Under the pieces are notes generated by a model. The model had not been told where the DNA came from. It did not search any database and saw nothing but the letters and a program-made list of their open reading frames with translations. The translations under genes were made by a program, and so were the position numbers. From an uncultured virus (IMG/VR IMGVR_UViG_3300027832_000011) (Duplodnaviria > Heunggongvirae > Uroviricota > Caudoviricetes), in the IMG/VR virus record IMGVR_UViG_3300027832_000011, positions 1 through 64,000 of that record: a stretch of 64,000 nucleotides of DNA; one strand, 5' to 3'. Each line of letters starts with the position of its first letter. Position 1 is the stretch's first letter. Below are positions 48,224-58,928 of the stretch, piece after piece.

Positions 48224-50333
48224 TTAATATTATCACATCACCAGAATTTCTAAGTCGGATATTCTGATACTGCCATCCAACTATATTCACACTCCCTATG
48301 AATTCAGACCCATCATTAATTTGTGAAATATAAACAGTACTACATTTTGTTGACTCCTCAACCAAGACCCCATCATTTTTATCATCATAATAATACGATG
48401 TGATATCAGCATCAACATTATTATTAATACCTATTATAGGTAATGTCGGTGTTGAAGATGGTGTGCAATTGAATAAACTACTTTTTCTATATTTAAACTT
48501 ATTATTATCAAAAATTGTATTATTATACTTATAAGTTGAACCCCAAATAGTGGTTGATGGGATAACTTGTTCGATTAAATCCACCCAATACGCTCCAATC
48601 AACGAAATGAAGTCATTCATGGTGGTATAACTTAATTTAGATGAGTTGACACCACAAATAGCGTAACTATTCAAATAAGCATCGTATAAGGCTTTTAGGA
48701 GTGGGTAACCACTAATTGTTTTCCTAGATTTAACATCTATTAACTCCGAATATAAAATATCCTTAAATTCATTTATAGTAATACCAGCAGTAAATATGTT
48801 AGTCGTTAAAACACCAGAGAATGAGTCCATCAAACAAGGGTTATTTTTTATAAAACTTTGGAAATCACTCTCAATAGCTAAACTAGGGTTTAAATTTATA
48901 TCAATCTCTTTACTATTAATACCTAATTTAGAATTATTTATAAGATAACCAGTTTCTCTCTTAGGTAATAAGAATTTTCTTTTCTCAACATTATCATTAC
49001 TAACCCAAGATTTTTTATTATCTATTACTCTATTTAACTCAAATGATGGGCATGTGTTTATAAATGTCTCAGTTTTTTCAATTACACTACAAGACCTATT
49101 AAACTCAACGTTATCTAATAATATTGATAACTCACATAAACTATTTTCAACGTATAAACCTAATTTTAAATACTTATTCTCAATTAATTTCAGTGTATTC
49201 GAATCCTCAATCTCCATTTTAAAATGAACCCATTGTGAGTTTAAAGATTGCTCTAACTTAGTGAAGCTAACTTCACCAGCTAAGTTTTCATTAATTGAGT
49301 TAATAATAAAATTACAATCACCCGAATCATTATTTAAAAATAATCCAGTATTCGTAGAGTTATTAAAATACTCAGTAAGGTCGTCAACATCATAAAGTTT
49401 CTCAGTGAGTATAGGCCTATAAACTTGAGGGGTCTCAAAATTGGTGTTAGTGGAAACAACACTATCAATATTAGTAAGTACGTCTAAAGTCATGCTTAAC
49501 TTAAGATTGGTTAAAATATCAGCTAACATTATTTTAGGTGGTACTAATTCCAAATCAAAACCCCACTCCGCACTTTCAGATATCTTTAAATATTTAACAA
49601 ATTTAACTTTATTTATCGAACTACCATAATAATTAATCCTAGATTGTAATTCAATATCTAAATTTTGGTTAACACCTTTAACAGTATCTCTCTCAACATT
49701 AATAATGTCAATCTCATTTTTTAAAATTGTTAATGTGTTATTATAATTAATCTTAGTTATTGGGTCAGACTCATCGTTAAGTAAGTTATTCACTCTACTA
49801 ACCTCACTATTATTAAATGTTAGTCTATCATCTAAAACTTCTAACTCTAAAACACCATCACTAATTTTAATCTCAAAAGCCTCACGAACCCTTTTAAAAT
49901 CAGAATTTAACGCTATTATAGATTCATCATCTTCATTAATTAACGCATCATTATTCGATATTTTACCATTAATGACACCAACCTCATTTTCATTAGACTC
50001 ATTTCCCGCTAAACATTCACTTAAAGCACCACAATTTAACTCAATCAAATAATCAAACTCAATAGTTAATTTACAATCATCATTTTCATTTACTTGGTAA
50101 AAAAGCCCATCATCCCCATCTGGTGATATTAATATTTTAACATCATCATCAAATTCACACGGTTTTTTCCAATAACAAACACCATCAACAGAATCAAATT
50201 GGTGGTTTAAAGAGTTGCAACAATTATTATCAACCGATGATTTAATATTGATATCATCAAAACCATAAACAATACCATCATCACCAAATTGGAAGGATTT
50301 AATTACCTCACCATTTATATTTTTACACTCCAT
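48186..50333 (-). CDS. putative virion structural protein
   Basis: 715 aa; YWVDLIEQVIPSTTIWG...N.IF...KFKY. Confidence 0.65.
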   Translation of the reverse strand: MECKNINGEVIKSFQFGDDGIVYGFDDINIKSSVDNNCCNSLNHQFDSVDGVCYWKKPCEFDDDVKILISPDGDDGLFYQVNENDDCKLTIEFDYLIELNCGALSECLAGNESNENEVGVINGKISNNDALINEDDESIIALNSDFKRVREAFEIKISDGVLELEVLDDRLTFNNSEVSRVNNLLNDESDPITKINYNNTLTILKNEIDIINVERDTVKGVNQNLDIELQSRINYYGSSINKVKFVKYLKISESAEWGFDLELVPPKIMLADILTNLKLSMTLDVLTNIDSVVSTNTNFETPQVYRPILTEKLYDVDDLTEYFNNSTNTGLFLNNDSGDCNFIINSINENLAGEVSFTKLEQSLNSQWVHFKMEIEDSNTLKLIENKYLKLGLYVENSLCELSILLDNVEFNRSCSVIEKTETFINTCPSFELNRVIDNKKSWVSNDNVEKRKFLLPKRETGYLINNSKLGINSKEIDINLNPSLAIESDFQSFIKNNPCLMDSFSGVLTTNIFTAGITINEFKDILYSELIDVKSRKTISGYPLLKALYDAYLNSYAICGVNSSKLSYTTMNDFISLIGAYWVDLIEQVIPSTTIWGSTYKYNNTIFDNNKFKYRKSSLFNCTPSSTPTLPIIGINNNVDADITSYYYDDKNDGVLVEESTKCSTVYISQINDGSEFIGSVNIVGWQYQNIRLRNSGDVIILNESESSTIQKSI

Positions 50334-50341
50334 ACCATTAA

Positions 50342-52114
50342 TTAATTACACGCATTAGCTTCGAAATCACCAATGGTTATATTATTATATTTAATATCTA
50401 AAATAGCACTAACAGGAACGCAAACATCTCCAACACCGTTAGTGTTGTTAGCGCACACAGTCCAAACAATAACGAAATAACCATTTGATGGAATTATGAA
50501 ACTTCTATAAGTTGAGATACTTTCACTTTGTGAAACACCATTTATCGTTATTACATTAGTTAAACCTGAAAGACCATTGTTACTAATAATAGTTTTAAAT
50601 TCAACCTTAGAACCAACATCACCAGTAACCCTTATTCTTTGAGTATCACAACCTTCAATCTCGAAACCTGTGTTAGGTTCAAGTGTGGCTCTAACAGTGT
50701 TATTTGGACCACAAACAATAGTGTTACTAAAAATATACTCAACCCTACTAGGGTCATCACCAATTATCACCAGCGAACTTTCTTTAACACACCTTTCAAT
50801 TTGTAAATTAGTTAGAGTACCTGCATCTGGGGAAAGTTCACTTGATAAAGTACGAGTAAAATTTTCACCATCACAATATTCACCAGACACTGATATCGAA
50901 TTGTCAGTTTGGTTTACATTACCAGGTACTATTGATATAACAGATAAGTGACGGCAAATATCAATTGATGGGTTTGGTCTACAAGCATAACCACTTCTAG
51001 TTAAAATGGCGGTTGTCTTAGTCGGACAACACTCACTAGTTGGGACATATATTGTACGTGAACCAGATATTTTATCAAAAATTAAAAAACCATTATCATC
51101 AAGTTCTTCAGTTGGTGTGAAAATAGAACACTCATCAAAAAATATGTTTTTACATTTGGTTACAACAGTCGCACCAAAAGGTTTTGAGATATCTTGTGAG
51201 TTAGGTTGTGACCCACTTTGTACAGTTACTGGAACTGGTGAAGTTAATGTCGGACAACAATTACCACTTGGTACCGCTTCAAATGTTTCCCCGTTGTAAT
51301 CAACAAAGACCGCTATTCCCAAAGAATTAAATTCGTAACTATCGTAACTTTTACATGGTGAACAATATATCAAACCATTCAATTGAATAGGTTTATAGTC
51401 GAATATCGAACAACACTCGATAGACGGTACTGTTGATGATGTTGTATCTTCATCTATATAATAGAACAGAACGTAACCATCATTATCAAGTGAACCAGAT
51501 GGTGTGTAATCTGAACATGAATCATTTTCCTTGATAATCAAACAACGATAACCAAAATTACTTACCTCAGGAACACTATTAGTTGGGCAACACTCGATAG
51601 ACGGTACATAAGTCGTGCTTGAACCATCCGAGGTTTGAAAATGAACAAACCCATCAGATTCACCTAAAACCACGAAACCACTACATGGGTCAATTTCAAT
51701 TTCTTGCCACCTACATTGGGATAAACCATTACTAGAATTTATTTCTGATGTGAAACCTAAAGACTCACAACATTCTGGTGCTGTGAAAAAGGTGTTATTA
51801 CTGTTAACAACAAAAAGAACTAAACCACTATCATCTAAAGTAAATTCACTAATTTCACATTTTGGACCTTCAGGTTCAATTTTCTTAATCGTAATTCTAA
51901 GGGAACCTTTTTGACAAACATTAATAGGGCAACCACAATCATCAAAATACTTGATTGGTGGGTTAGTTTTGATGACCTCAGTGGTAACTAAGGTGCATTC
52001 TGATATATCTAAATTGTCAGAATCAACAACAACCAAATTAATAGCCGTTGTAGAACCAGAGACTTCAAAAGTGTCGGTAGTTATTATAGTATTATTTATA
52101 TTACCCGTAATCAT
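50342..52114 (-). CDS. Cys-rich repeat protein in tail module
   Basis: five ~55-60 aa repeats C...G...F...VPS.ECC...C. Confidence 0.7.
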   Translation of the reverse strand: MITGNINNTIITTDTFEVSGSTTAINLVVVDSDNLDISECTLVTTEVIKTNPPIKYFDDCGCPINVCQKGSLRITIKKIEPEGPKCEISEFTLDDSGLVLFVVNSNNTFFTAPECCESLGFTSEINSSNGLSQCRWQEIEIDPCSGFVVLGESDGFVHFQTSDGSSTTYVPSIECCPTNSVPEVSNFGYRCLIIKENDSCSDYTPSGSLDNDGYVLFYYIDEDTTSSTVPSIECCSIFDYKPIQLNGLIYCSPCKSYDSYEFNSLGIAVFVDYNGETFEAVPSGNCCPTLTSPVPVTVQSGSQPNSQDISKPFGATVVTKCKNIFFDECSIFTPTEELDDNGFLIFDKISGSRTIYVPTSECCPTKTTAILTRSGYACRPNPSIDICRHLSVISIVPGNVNQTDNSISVSGEYCDGENFTRTLSSELSPDAGTLTNLQIERCVKESSLVIIGDDPSRVEYIFSNTIVCGPNNTVRATLEPNTGFEIEGCDTQRIRVTGDVGSKVEFKTIISNNGLSGLTNVITINGVSQSESISTYRSFIIPSNGYFVIVWTVCANNTNGVGDVCVPVSAILDIKYNNITIGDFEANACN

Positions 52115-52141
52115 ATTAATTATTTAATTTATCTACCAATG

Positions 52142-54640
52142 TTATTGTAAACTACCTATCGTTGCGTAACAATTAAAACCACCTTGTACCGCTTTAACTT
52201 GATAACCTAAGTTGGTACAACATTCGCTATCAATTAAAATATTATCAACTAAACCACTAAATGTAACCAACCCACAATAAAAATACAAAACCCCATTAAT
52301 CATTTCACTAACTGGACATATAAATGTAGGTTCAACGCTAATAACTGGTTTACAATCGTTACAAGAATAGTCTAAGTTTAATTTTAATTCAACCCTAATC
52401 ACTTTACCCAAATAATAAGGCGTGTAGACCTCACATTGACCACTTTCCTCAACAAGACTATAACTCAAATTACTCACTTCTGACGTTATCGGTGCGTAAT
52501 TACTATTTAACTCATTATAAAACACATTTAAAGCACCCAGATATTGAGACGCTAAGTTATTATAGTTAACCAACACACCATTTAATAGTGAATCACCACC
52601 TAATAAAGTTGATGATGTAACTAACTCATTATCTAGGTAACAATCTAAAACCCAAGTTGTTGTCCCAGAACAACCACTTAATTCTGGTTGTATTTCATAA
52701 CCTTGCAAACTTTCAACTATTTGTGTATTTACAATACCACTAAAATTAACATTTAAATCAATGTTAGAAACAATGTTGCTATCATATATCGAATCAAAAG
52801 TACCATTATCATAATTAATGAATAAATTAGTAGTTTCATCTCTAGTCTTCTCACTAATTAAAGTAACTGGCTCAAAATCAGGTATAAGACAATTAAATTG
52901 GTTCATGTATTCTTGACCACCATCGTATGGTCCAATATGTGGGTTATTACCCACTAAGATATCAACATTTGAGTTAACACCTCCAGTTTCTCTATACCAC
53001 AAACCAGCTTTTTGGAAATACATCTCACTATTATTCCTATTGACAACTGGAAAACCATCATCATCAACATTTAAATCTTGCAAGTTATCAGTACCATTAC
53101 TCTCACTTAATATAGTTCTAAATGAGTTCATATCCAAAGAATTGTTAGCAACGTAGATGTATTCATTAAAAGAAATTAACCCATCTGGCGTTCCAATAAA
53201 TTTAAATAAAAATTCAATCGATTTCCTAGTACCTTTAGATTTCCATAACCATGGGGTATTCATTATTAACCTGCGATATAATTCAACTTCCTTCTCAACT
53301 GGTGATAAACCTCTAGAATGACCAACATAAGTGCTATCGCCAACCGATAAGTAGTTTTTTAATAAATCAACTTCTAAAATTGATGAAATTAAATCCCAAC
53401 CTAACACTTTGGCTAAATTCTTTATTAGTAAATTTGGTACGTTATCATTACCATCATAAGTTACAACATTAGCAAATCCAATACCGTCAATATATTTTTT
53501 AACCTCATCAAATTCTCTACCATATATTTTTAAAGTACTATTAACTTTTTGACCACTCGTTAAATCATCAAAATTAAGATTAGGTAGTGTATCAAATTCC
53601 GATATTGATTCACTAACAAAAAATCTATTAACTAAATTTGTGCTAGTTAAATCACTATTATCTGACATTTCTATTAACTGAGAAACAAAGTTAACATAGC
53701 TTTCACTTTGAAAGTCAATGTTATAACCATCCGATATAGGCCAAGTTATAGTTTTACTACCTAAGATAATATTACCACTATCAGCCTCATAATTGAAATT
53801 ATAACTTGAAGTGTATATTGGTGATGAAAACCTATTTAACACATTATTTTCAAAATCACTTAATTCAATAAAGAATTTCTCAATTAACGAATCATTTGGT
53901 CTAATATGGTAGTTTATCTTAAAATTAGTTAAACCATTAAATAAATTACCCTTAACCTTAACCTCAATGTAATCATTAATATTTGAATTGGAACCTGTAA
54001 AATCAACTACTGGTACTGAAACACCGTTGTAGACAATAACGTAACTACTGTAATTAACAGTTAAGTTCCTTAAATCATTACCCTCAGAATATGAGTTTAA
54101 CGTTTCACCATTTTTTAAGAAATTAATATCAAAATTATTATTTAACCTATTAACATTAACCTTGAAACTACTAATATCAGATATGTCATCATATACATAA
54201 TCTTCAACAGTATTTTCATTAACTAAAACATTATCGTCATTTAAAGGAGATGCAAATAAAGACGCTGGCCATTTAATTATAATATTCTCAAGTGACACTC
54301 TAATATATTCCCTTAACGACCCGAAATAAGCGTAATTACTTAACTTATGCTTATTTAAGTTAAGAGTCATCTTCTTCTCATTAAGTGTTAAGTTTATACT
54401 TTCACCATTTTTAAGGTCTGATAACGTAAGAAAGCTACTAAAATTATTAGTATTGAAAATCTTACTAATCTTACTATCCAAATTAGTCGTAATATCAAAG
54501 TTACCAATAGTGAATAGTGCGCTATTATTAGAGTTAGTTAGTTGATTACCAACTAAATTACTTGAAAAATTTCTATACTCAATACCATCATTATAAAATA
54601 CTTTCTGAGCATAACCAGCTACCTTTATTTTCCCAGCCAT
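52142..54640 (-). CDS. baseplate/tail protein (P2 gpI-like segment)
   Basis: L.KNLA..LGW...YRRL..N.PWLWKSKGTRKSIEFL. Confidence 0.7.
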   Translation of the reverse strand: MAGKIKVAGYAQKVFYNDGIEYRNFSSNLVGNQLTNSNNSALFTIGNFDITTNLDSKISKIFNTNNFSSFLTLSDLKNGESINLTLNEKKMTLNLNKHKLSNYAYFGSLREYIRVSLENIIIKWPASLFASPLNDDNVLVNENTVEDYVYDDISDISSFKVNVNRLNNNFDINFLKNGETLNSYSEGNDLRNLTVNYSSYVIVYNGVSVPVVDFTGSNSNINDYIEVKVKGNLFNGLTNFKINYHIRPNDSLIEKFFIELSDFENNVLNRFSSPIYTSSYNFNYEADSGNIILGSKTITWPISDGYNIDFQSESYVNFVSQLIEMSDNSDLTSTNLVNRFFVSESISEFDTLPNLNFDDLTSGQKVNSTLKIYGREFDEVKKYIDGIGFANVVTYDGNDNVPNLLIKNLAKVLGWDLISSILEVDLLKNYLSVGDSTYVGHSRGLSPVEKEVELYRRLIMNTPWLWKSKGTRKSIEFLFKFIGTPDGLISFNEYIYVANNSLDMNSFRTILSESNGTDNLQDLNVDDDGFPVVNRNNSEMYFQKAGLWYRETGGVNSNVDILVGNNPHIGPYDGGQEYMNQFNCLIPDFEPVTLISEKTRDETTNLFINYDNGTFDSIYDSNIVSNIDLNVNFSGIVNTQIVESLQGYEIQPELSGCSGTTTWVLDCYLDNELVTSSTLLGGDSLLNGVLVNYNNLASQYLGALNVFYNELNSNYAPITSEVSNLSYSLVEESGQCEVYTPYYLGKVIRVELKLNLDYSCNDCKPVISVEPTFICPVSEMINGVLYFYCGLVTFSGLVDNILIDSECCTNLGYQVKAVQGGFNCYATIGSLQ

Positions 54641-55551
54641 TATATTGTAGTTATATTTTCAAAACTTTTTGTGAAATCAATACTATTTCTAATCTCTCTA
54701 ACCTCAAACAGTGGTTTACCAGAAAACTCATCTTTAATCTCATATAGATTAAATTGTTTGAATATCTCATTTTCGAAATTATAAATTGTGTATATCCCAT
54801 CTTCAATCGATTTAGTTTGCCCACCGAATAAACCTATCGCTAACGATTCAGTGTCATATTCAACCATTTCAACCTCCAACATGATTGGATTGAAAAAAGT
54901 ATTAGTTAGAATCACATCTTGATTTGATTCACCTATGTATGGTAATACGTTTGGCTTTACATTACTGGGTGAACTAGGTGTTACAGTGCAAAAAACTAAA
55001 TTTGAGTTATCATTAAATCGATATCTAATAGCTTTTTGACTAGTATTATTTAAGTTTTGCGTGATTGGCTCAGCCTTATTATTTGAGGTAATGATTCTAA
55101 AGAAATTATTAATCTTAGAATTAGTGGTTGTTGGTGTTGAACTCAAATATTCAATTCTATAACCTATCAAACCATTATTTTGGAATTTACTAATCAAATC
55201 ACTTGTAAGATTTGACGTATCAAATAATAAACCCTTTATATTTGGTTGTGATGATAAAACACCACTATCAATAATTTTAGTTCTAATCTCAATAGGTTTA
55301 ATCGCAATTGTGTAGATACCTTTAAGACCAAAAATAGTGGCTGGTAATTTAAGTGTGTATAAACCACCAAATATTTCAAATGTATTTTTATTATTAGGGT
55401 TTGAAATCCTCTGTAAAACATCGTTGGTGTTTAATTTAGTTAACCCAACATCACCCAAAGAACCCCTACTTGGTGAGAAATGTAAGAAAACCTCAACATC
55501 ATCAAGTGATACATCCGCTGGTCTCACTGTACCGTAAACTCCGTTAGCCAT
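54640..55551 (-). CDS. putative virion structural protein
   Basis: 303 aa in structural operon. Confidence 0.65.
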   Translation of the reverse strand: MANGVYGTVRPADVSLDDVEVFLHFSPSRGSLGDVGLTKLNTNDVLQRISNPNNKNTFEIFGGLYTLKLPATIFGLKGIYTIAIKPIEIRTKIIDSGVLSSQPNIKGLLFDTSNLTSDLISKFQNNGLIGYRIEYLSSTPTTTNSKINNFFRIITSNNKAEPITQNLNNTSQKAIRYRFNDNSNLVFCTVTPSSPSNVKPNVLPYIGESNQDVILTNTFFNPIMLEVEMVEYDTESLAIGLFGGQTKSIEDGIYTIYNFENEIFKQFNLYEIKDEFSGKPLFEVREIRNSIDFTKSFENITTI

Positions 55552-55591
55552 TTATATTGTATTTATATTTATTATCATTATTATCATAAAA

Positions 55592-55619
55592 ATTAACCCT
55601 GCTTATGAACAGGGTTAAT
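55592..55619. terminator. intergenic stem-loop
   Basis: attaaccctg-cttatgaa-cagggttaat; no clear U-tract. Confidence 0.45.
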
Positions 55620-55676
55620 GGTGTTACTAGAATATATTAAAAAAAAATAATAAGTAAGTACTAAAATTAAAAATTA

Positions 55677-56399
55677 TTAATATTTTATTATATTAAAAAA
55701 CCTATTGTTATAATTAACTAAGTGGTTTAAATTTTCTATTTCAGACATTCTTAAATGTTTTTCCATTACATTAACATTACCTCTATCTATAAATACATCG
55801 TTTTTAACTTCTGGACTAAAAATAATACCCATTAGGTATTCTTCTTTGTATAATGCTGATAAAGAAGTATTTGTTTGATTCCATCCTTCACCATAAAACC
55901 TAACATTTGTAGGTGTTTCACTAAAATTATCTGGGAATGGTTCAGAATAAAAAATACCAGAAGTTTGGGCTTCAGTTCCTATTAAATTATCAAGTTTAGC
56001 GTTTATTGTGTAATCTATCTCACCATCACCAATCCTAGTAACTCTATTAACACCGTCAACACCAACACCTTTAAAATTAACATAACTCTCATTTTCAACA
56101 TTAAAACCAGCGATAAAAGGACTTAAAATATTGTAATTCCTAACCTCCTCTAATTTAGAATCAGTAAAACTTCTAACCAAACCAGATTCGACATACCACT
56201 TATTAACACCAACACCCTCAATTCTGAAAAACTTATCTAGCGTTGATAACTCCCTATTTACAATTTCTTTAGGTGTGAAATTTAATTCACTAAAATCACC
56301 TATATTATCAAAACTTTGTGTTAAGAAAATTTTAAAATACACATATCTATTAGTCTTATTAAAATATTTTAGACTTATTTTTTTCTTAATTATTTCCAT
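55677..56399 (-). CDS. putative virion structural protein
   Basis: PEVKNDVFIDRG...E.H.R..EI C-terminal motif. Confidence 0.65.
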   Translation of the reverse strand: MEIIKKKISLKYFNKTNRYVYFKIFLTQSFDNIGDFSELNFTPKEIVNRELSTLDKFFRIEGVGVNKWYVESGLVRSFTDSKLEEVRNYNILSPFIAGFNVENESYVNFKGVGVDGVNRVTRIGDGEIDYTINAKLDNLIGTEAQTSGIFYSEPFPDNFSETPTNVRFYGEGWNQTNTSLSALYKEEYLMGIIFSPEVKNDVFIDRGNVNVMEKHLRMSEIENLNHLVNYNNRFFNIIKY

Positions 56400-57331
56400 T
56401 ATATCACATTCATTTCATATAGTTTTATTACACAATCATCATTAATAACACCGTTATTAGTAAAACTACTGTATGTTATATTATTAGAATATGTACTATC
56501 CACATTATAATAATACCCATCATTGTTTCTAACTAAAACATATTTAGTGTATAGCATGCTATTTAAGTTACTAATATCTTGCGCCACATTTCCAGTCATA
56601 AATGGTATTGTCTCACCATTTTTAGCGTTGTTAAACTCAGCTTTCATGTATAACACCTTTGGTAACCCAAAGTTCACCTCATCCTTATAATGGTAAATGT
56701 AATAACCCTCGGAAAAACCATCTGGGTATTTTACTGGGTTATTAAGTATAAAATTTACCTTAAAAGCGTTGGCTGGTAATGGTAAATTAATACCGAAACC
56801 AGAATTCACAATATCCCTCTTACTTACCCTAGAAAATATACTTAAAAATGATATTAACCTTTGGTTAGTTGCAACGTCATTATCATAAAAACTTAACTTT
56901 AAGAATGATTTTGTGAAATTATTTTTCCTAAATTTTAAATCTGAATTAATAAAACCTAAATCAGAGTAATATGAGTTTGGGTTATATGTATTGGTGTCAT
57001 TTAAAAAATTTAATTCATATTTTATATTTTCCAAATCATCACCTGAATTATTTATTGGTATGAATCTTAACTTTTCGTAATCGATAATTGGGTTAATAAG
57101 TTTATCAACCTCCTTACTTATAAAGTCTCTAGACACAACCTCATATTGGTCAAAATGAGCAAACTCTAAATTTAATGGTATTTTAATATATGAATTGGGG
57201 TCTAACCCATTCAAATCCTTAATATTCACTTTAATTTTATTAACACTCATCATCATTCGTTTTAAAAGTAGTCTTGTCATTAACGCCATTACCAAAAGGG
57301 TCTCTAGGTGCTTTTTCATAATATAACCCAT
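56399..57331 (-). CDS. putative virion structural protein (start probably MSVNK near 57250)
   Basis: SF.KL.FYD, YMKAEF.NAK.G motifs. Confidence 0.65.
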   Translation of the reverse strand: MGYIMKKHLETLLVMALMTRLLLKRMMMSVNKIKVNIKDLNGLDPNSYIKIPLNLEFAHFDQYEVVSRDFISKEVDKLINPIIDYEKLRFIPINNSGDDLENIKYELNFLNDTNTYNPNSYYSDLGFINSDLKFRKNNFTKSFLKLSFYDNDVATNQRLISFLSIFSRVSKRDIVNSGFGINLPLPANAFKVNFILNNPVKYPDGFSEGYYIYHYKDEVNFGLPKVLYMKAEFNNAKNGETIPFMTGNVAQDISNLNSMLYTKYVLVRNNDGYYYNVDSTYSNNITYSSFTNNGVINDDCVIKLYEMNVI

Positions 57332-58928
57332 ACTCAGAAAAAGGGTCTTGTCTTTTTAATTGAAAATTAAATAAATCATGCATGTAGTGAACACCATTAA
57401 CAAATGGGTAGTCTAAGGTATTTTCATTAATACCGTTAACGCCAATATCTAGTAAATCCCGCCAAATAATTCTCCCATCCTCTAAATCCTCAGCGTAATC
57501 TGGTATACCAACAACAGAAGAATCACCTTGTTCTACATAACTTGAGAAATCTCTAATTTTAATCAAGTGGTGAGGTTTATACATATAACCCTCATATCTT
57601 TTACCTAAATCTAAAACATAATTAGTAATACTGTTAACAACACTACCACCAGCATCTCTATTATTAGTGTTGAACCTGTGCCAAACATCGGCTAAGATAT
57701 TCTCCCTAACCTCATACTTATTATATTCCACCAAATCACCAATGAAATCATCATTACCAATCATAACATTACCCTCTAAATGTTCATGTGTAATGAGGCT
57801 ATTTGATATTCGTCTAATATCTGGAATTTTTAAATCCAAATCAATACCACTAATATTCGCCATTGATAAACCAGATTTTACCTTAGAGAAAGTATTTTCA
57901 GAATCAGTCTTTATGAAAGTTAGGTAAACCTCTGATAATGGTCTACCTAAATTATCAAGTAAACCATTAACATCAATATCCTCATTCATGTTAAATTGCG
58001 ATATAATATCATTGTAAATATTTTTACTAAATGCTAAAGGGTATATTTCATAATCATTATTACCAATAACGAAAGTGTTCTTAGTTTTAATTTTACTAAA
58101 AACTCTATAGTAATATTTTGACTCTTGACCACCAAAAACCCTAACCATTCTACTATCATTAGAAATGGTAACTAAATTTGGGTTTAAATCAATTATAAAA
58201 TAATATTCACTATCATCACCATTAGATAAACCCAAACTAAGAACATTATAATCATCATTAAAATTAATTTGGGGTAAACCCTTAATCCTAACTGTTGAAC
58301 CAACGGATAAACCATGCTTTACTGGGACCCCAAATATAGTCATTTCCCTACCATTAAAAATGATAGTATCTTTATATATAATCTTTAAACCACCATTAGT
58401 TAAATCACTATCAATGGTACTTTTAGGGTATACAATCGTTATATCCCAATTTTTAACACCATTATTAGGTGTTAAAGTGAATAAATCTCTAGATGGTGAC
58501 ATATCGTAAAATAAGCAATTACTAACTTTAGAAATATCTGGGTCGTAATAACCAAACCAACCATGTTTTTCAACTAAGTGGGTTTGAATTGACTCCCCAT
58601 ATTTTAAATCCTCTTCCTCATCTAAATCAATACCATTAGGTGGGTAACTCCTATCTCTAAATATAGGACCCATAAATGTTGCGTAACTATTTTCACCAGT
58701 AACATTAAACAAAGCGTTAGTGAAGATAGGGTTAATCGTAAAATTGAAACGATATAATTTAGACTTTTGTCTCTCCTTATTGAATACATCCCCAACATTA
58801 ACAATTTCATTTATATCACCAATAGGTAATAACCTACTAGTACTCTTAAAAGGTACTTTTATGAAAGAATCAATATTAACCCTATTAACACCCTTACCAT
58901 TATTTAAAATTATTTTCACATTGTCCAT
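57240..58928 (-). CDS. putative virion structural protein
   Basis: ERQ.S..YR, DNLGRPLSEVY, WRDLLD.G, DYPFVNG.HY. Confidence 0.65.
   Translation of the reverse strand: MDNVKIILNNGKGVNRVNIDSFIKVPFKSTSRLLPIGDINEIVNVGDVFNKERQKSKLYRFNFTINPIFTNALFNVTGENSYATFMGPIFRDRSYPPNGIDLDEEEDLKYGESIQTHLVEKHGWFGYYDPDISKVSNCLFYDMSPSRDLFTLTPNNGVKNWDITIVYPKSTIDSDLTNGGLKIIYKDTIIFNGREMTIFGVPVKHGLSVGSTVRIKGLPQINFNDDYNVLSLGLSNGDDSEYYFIIDLNPNLVTISNDSRMVRVFGGQESKYYYRVFSKIKTKNTFVIGNNDYEIYPLAFSKNIYNDIISQFNMNEDIDVNGLLDNLGRPLSEVYLTFIKTDSENTFSKVKSGLSMANISGIDLDLKIPDIRRISNSLITHEHLEGNVMIGNDDFIGDLVEYNKYEVRENILADVWHRFNTNNRDAGGSVVNSITNYVLDLGKRYEGYMYKPHHLIKIRDFSSYVEQGDSSVVGIPDYAEDLEDGRIIWRDLLDIGVNGINENTLDYPFVNGVHYMHDLFNFQLKRQDPFSEYGLYYEKAPRDPFGNGVNDKTTFKTNDDEC

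Noticed and set aside
51411..51607. Diversity-generating retroelement TR/VR pair
   Set aside because: The match is a short in-frame coding repeat with no adenine-specific mismatch pattern, and no reverse transcriptase is in the window.
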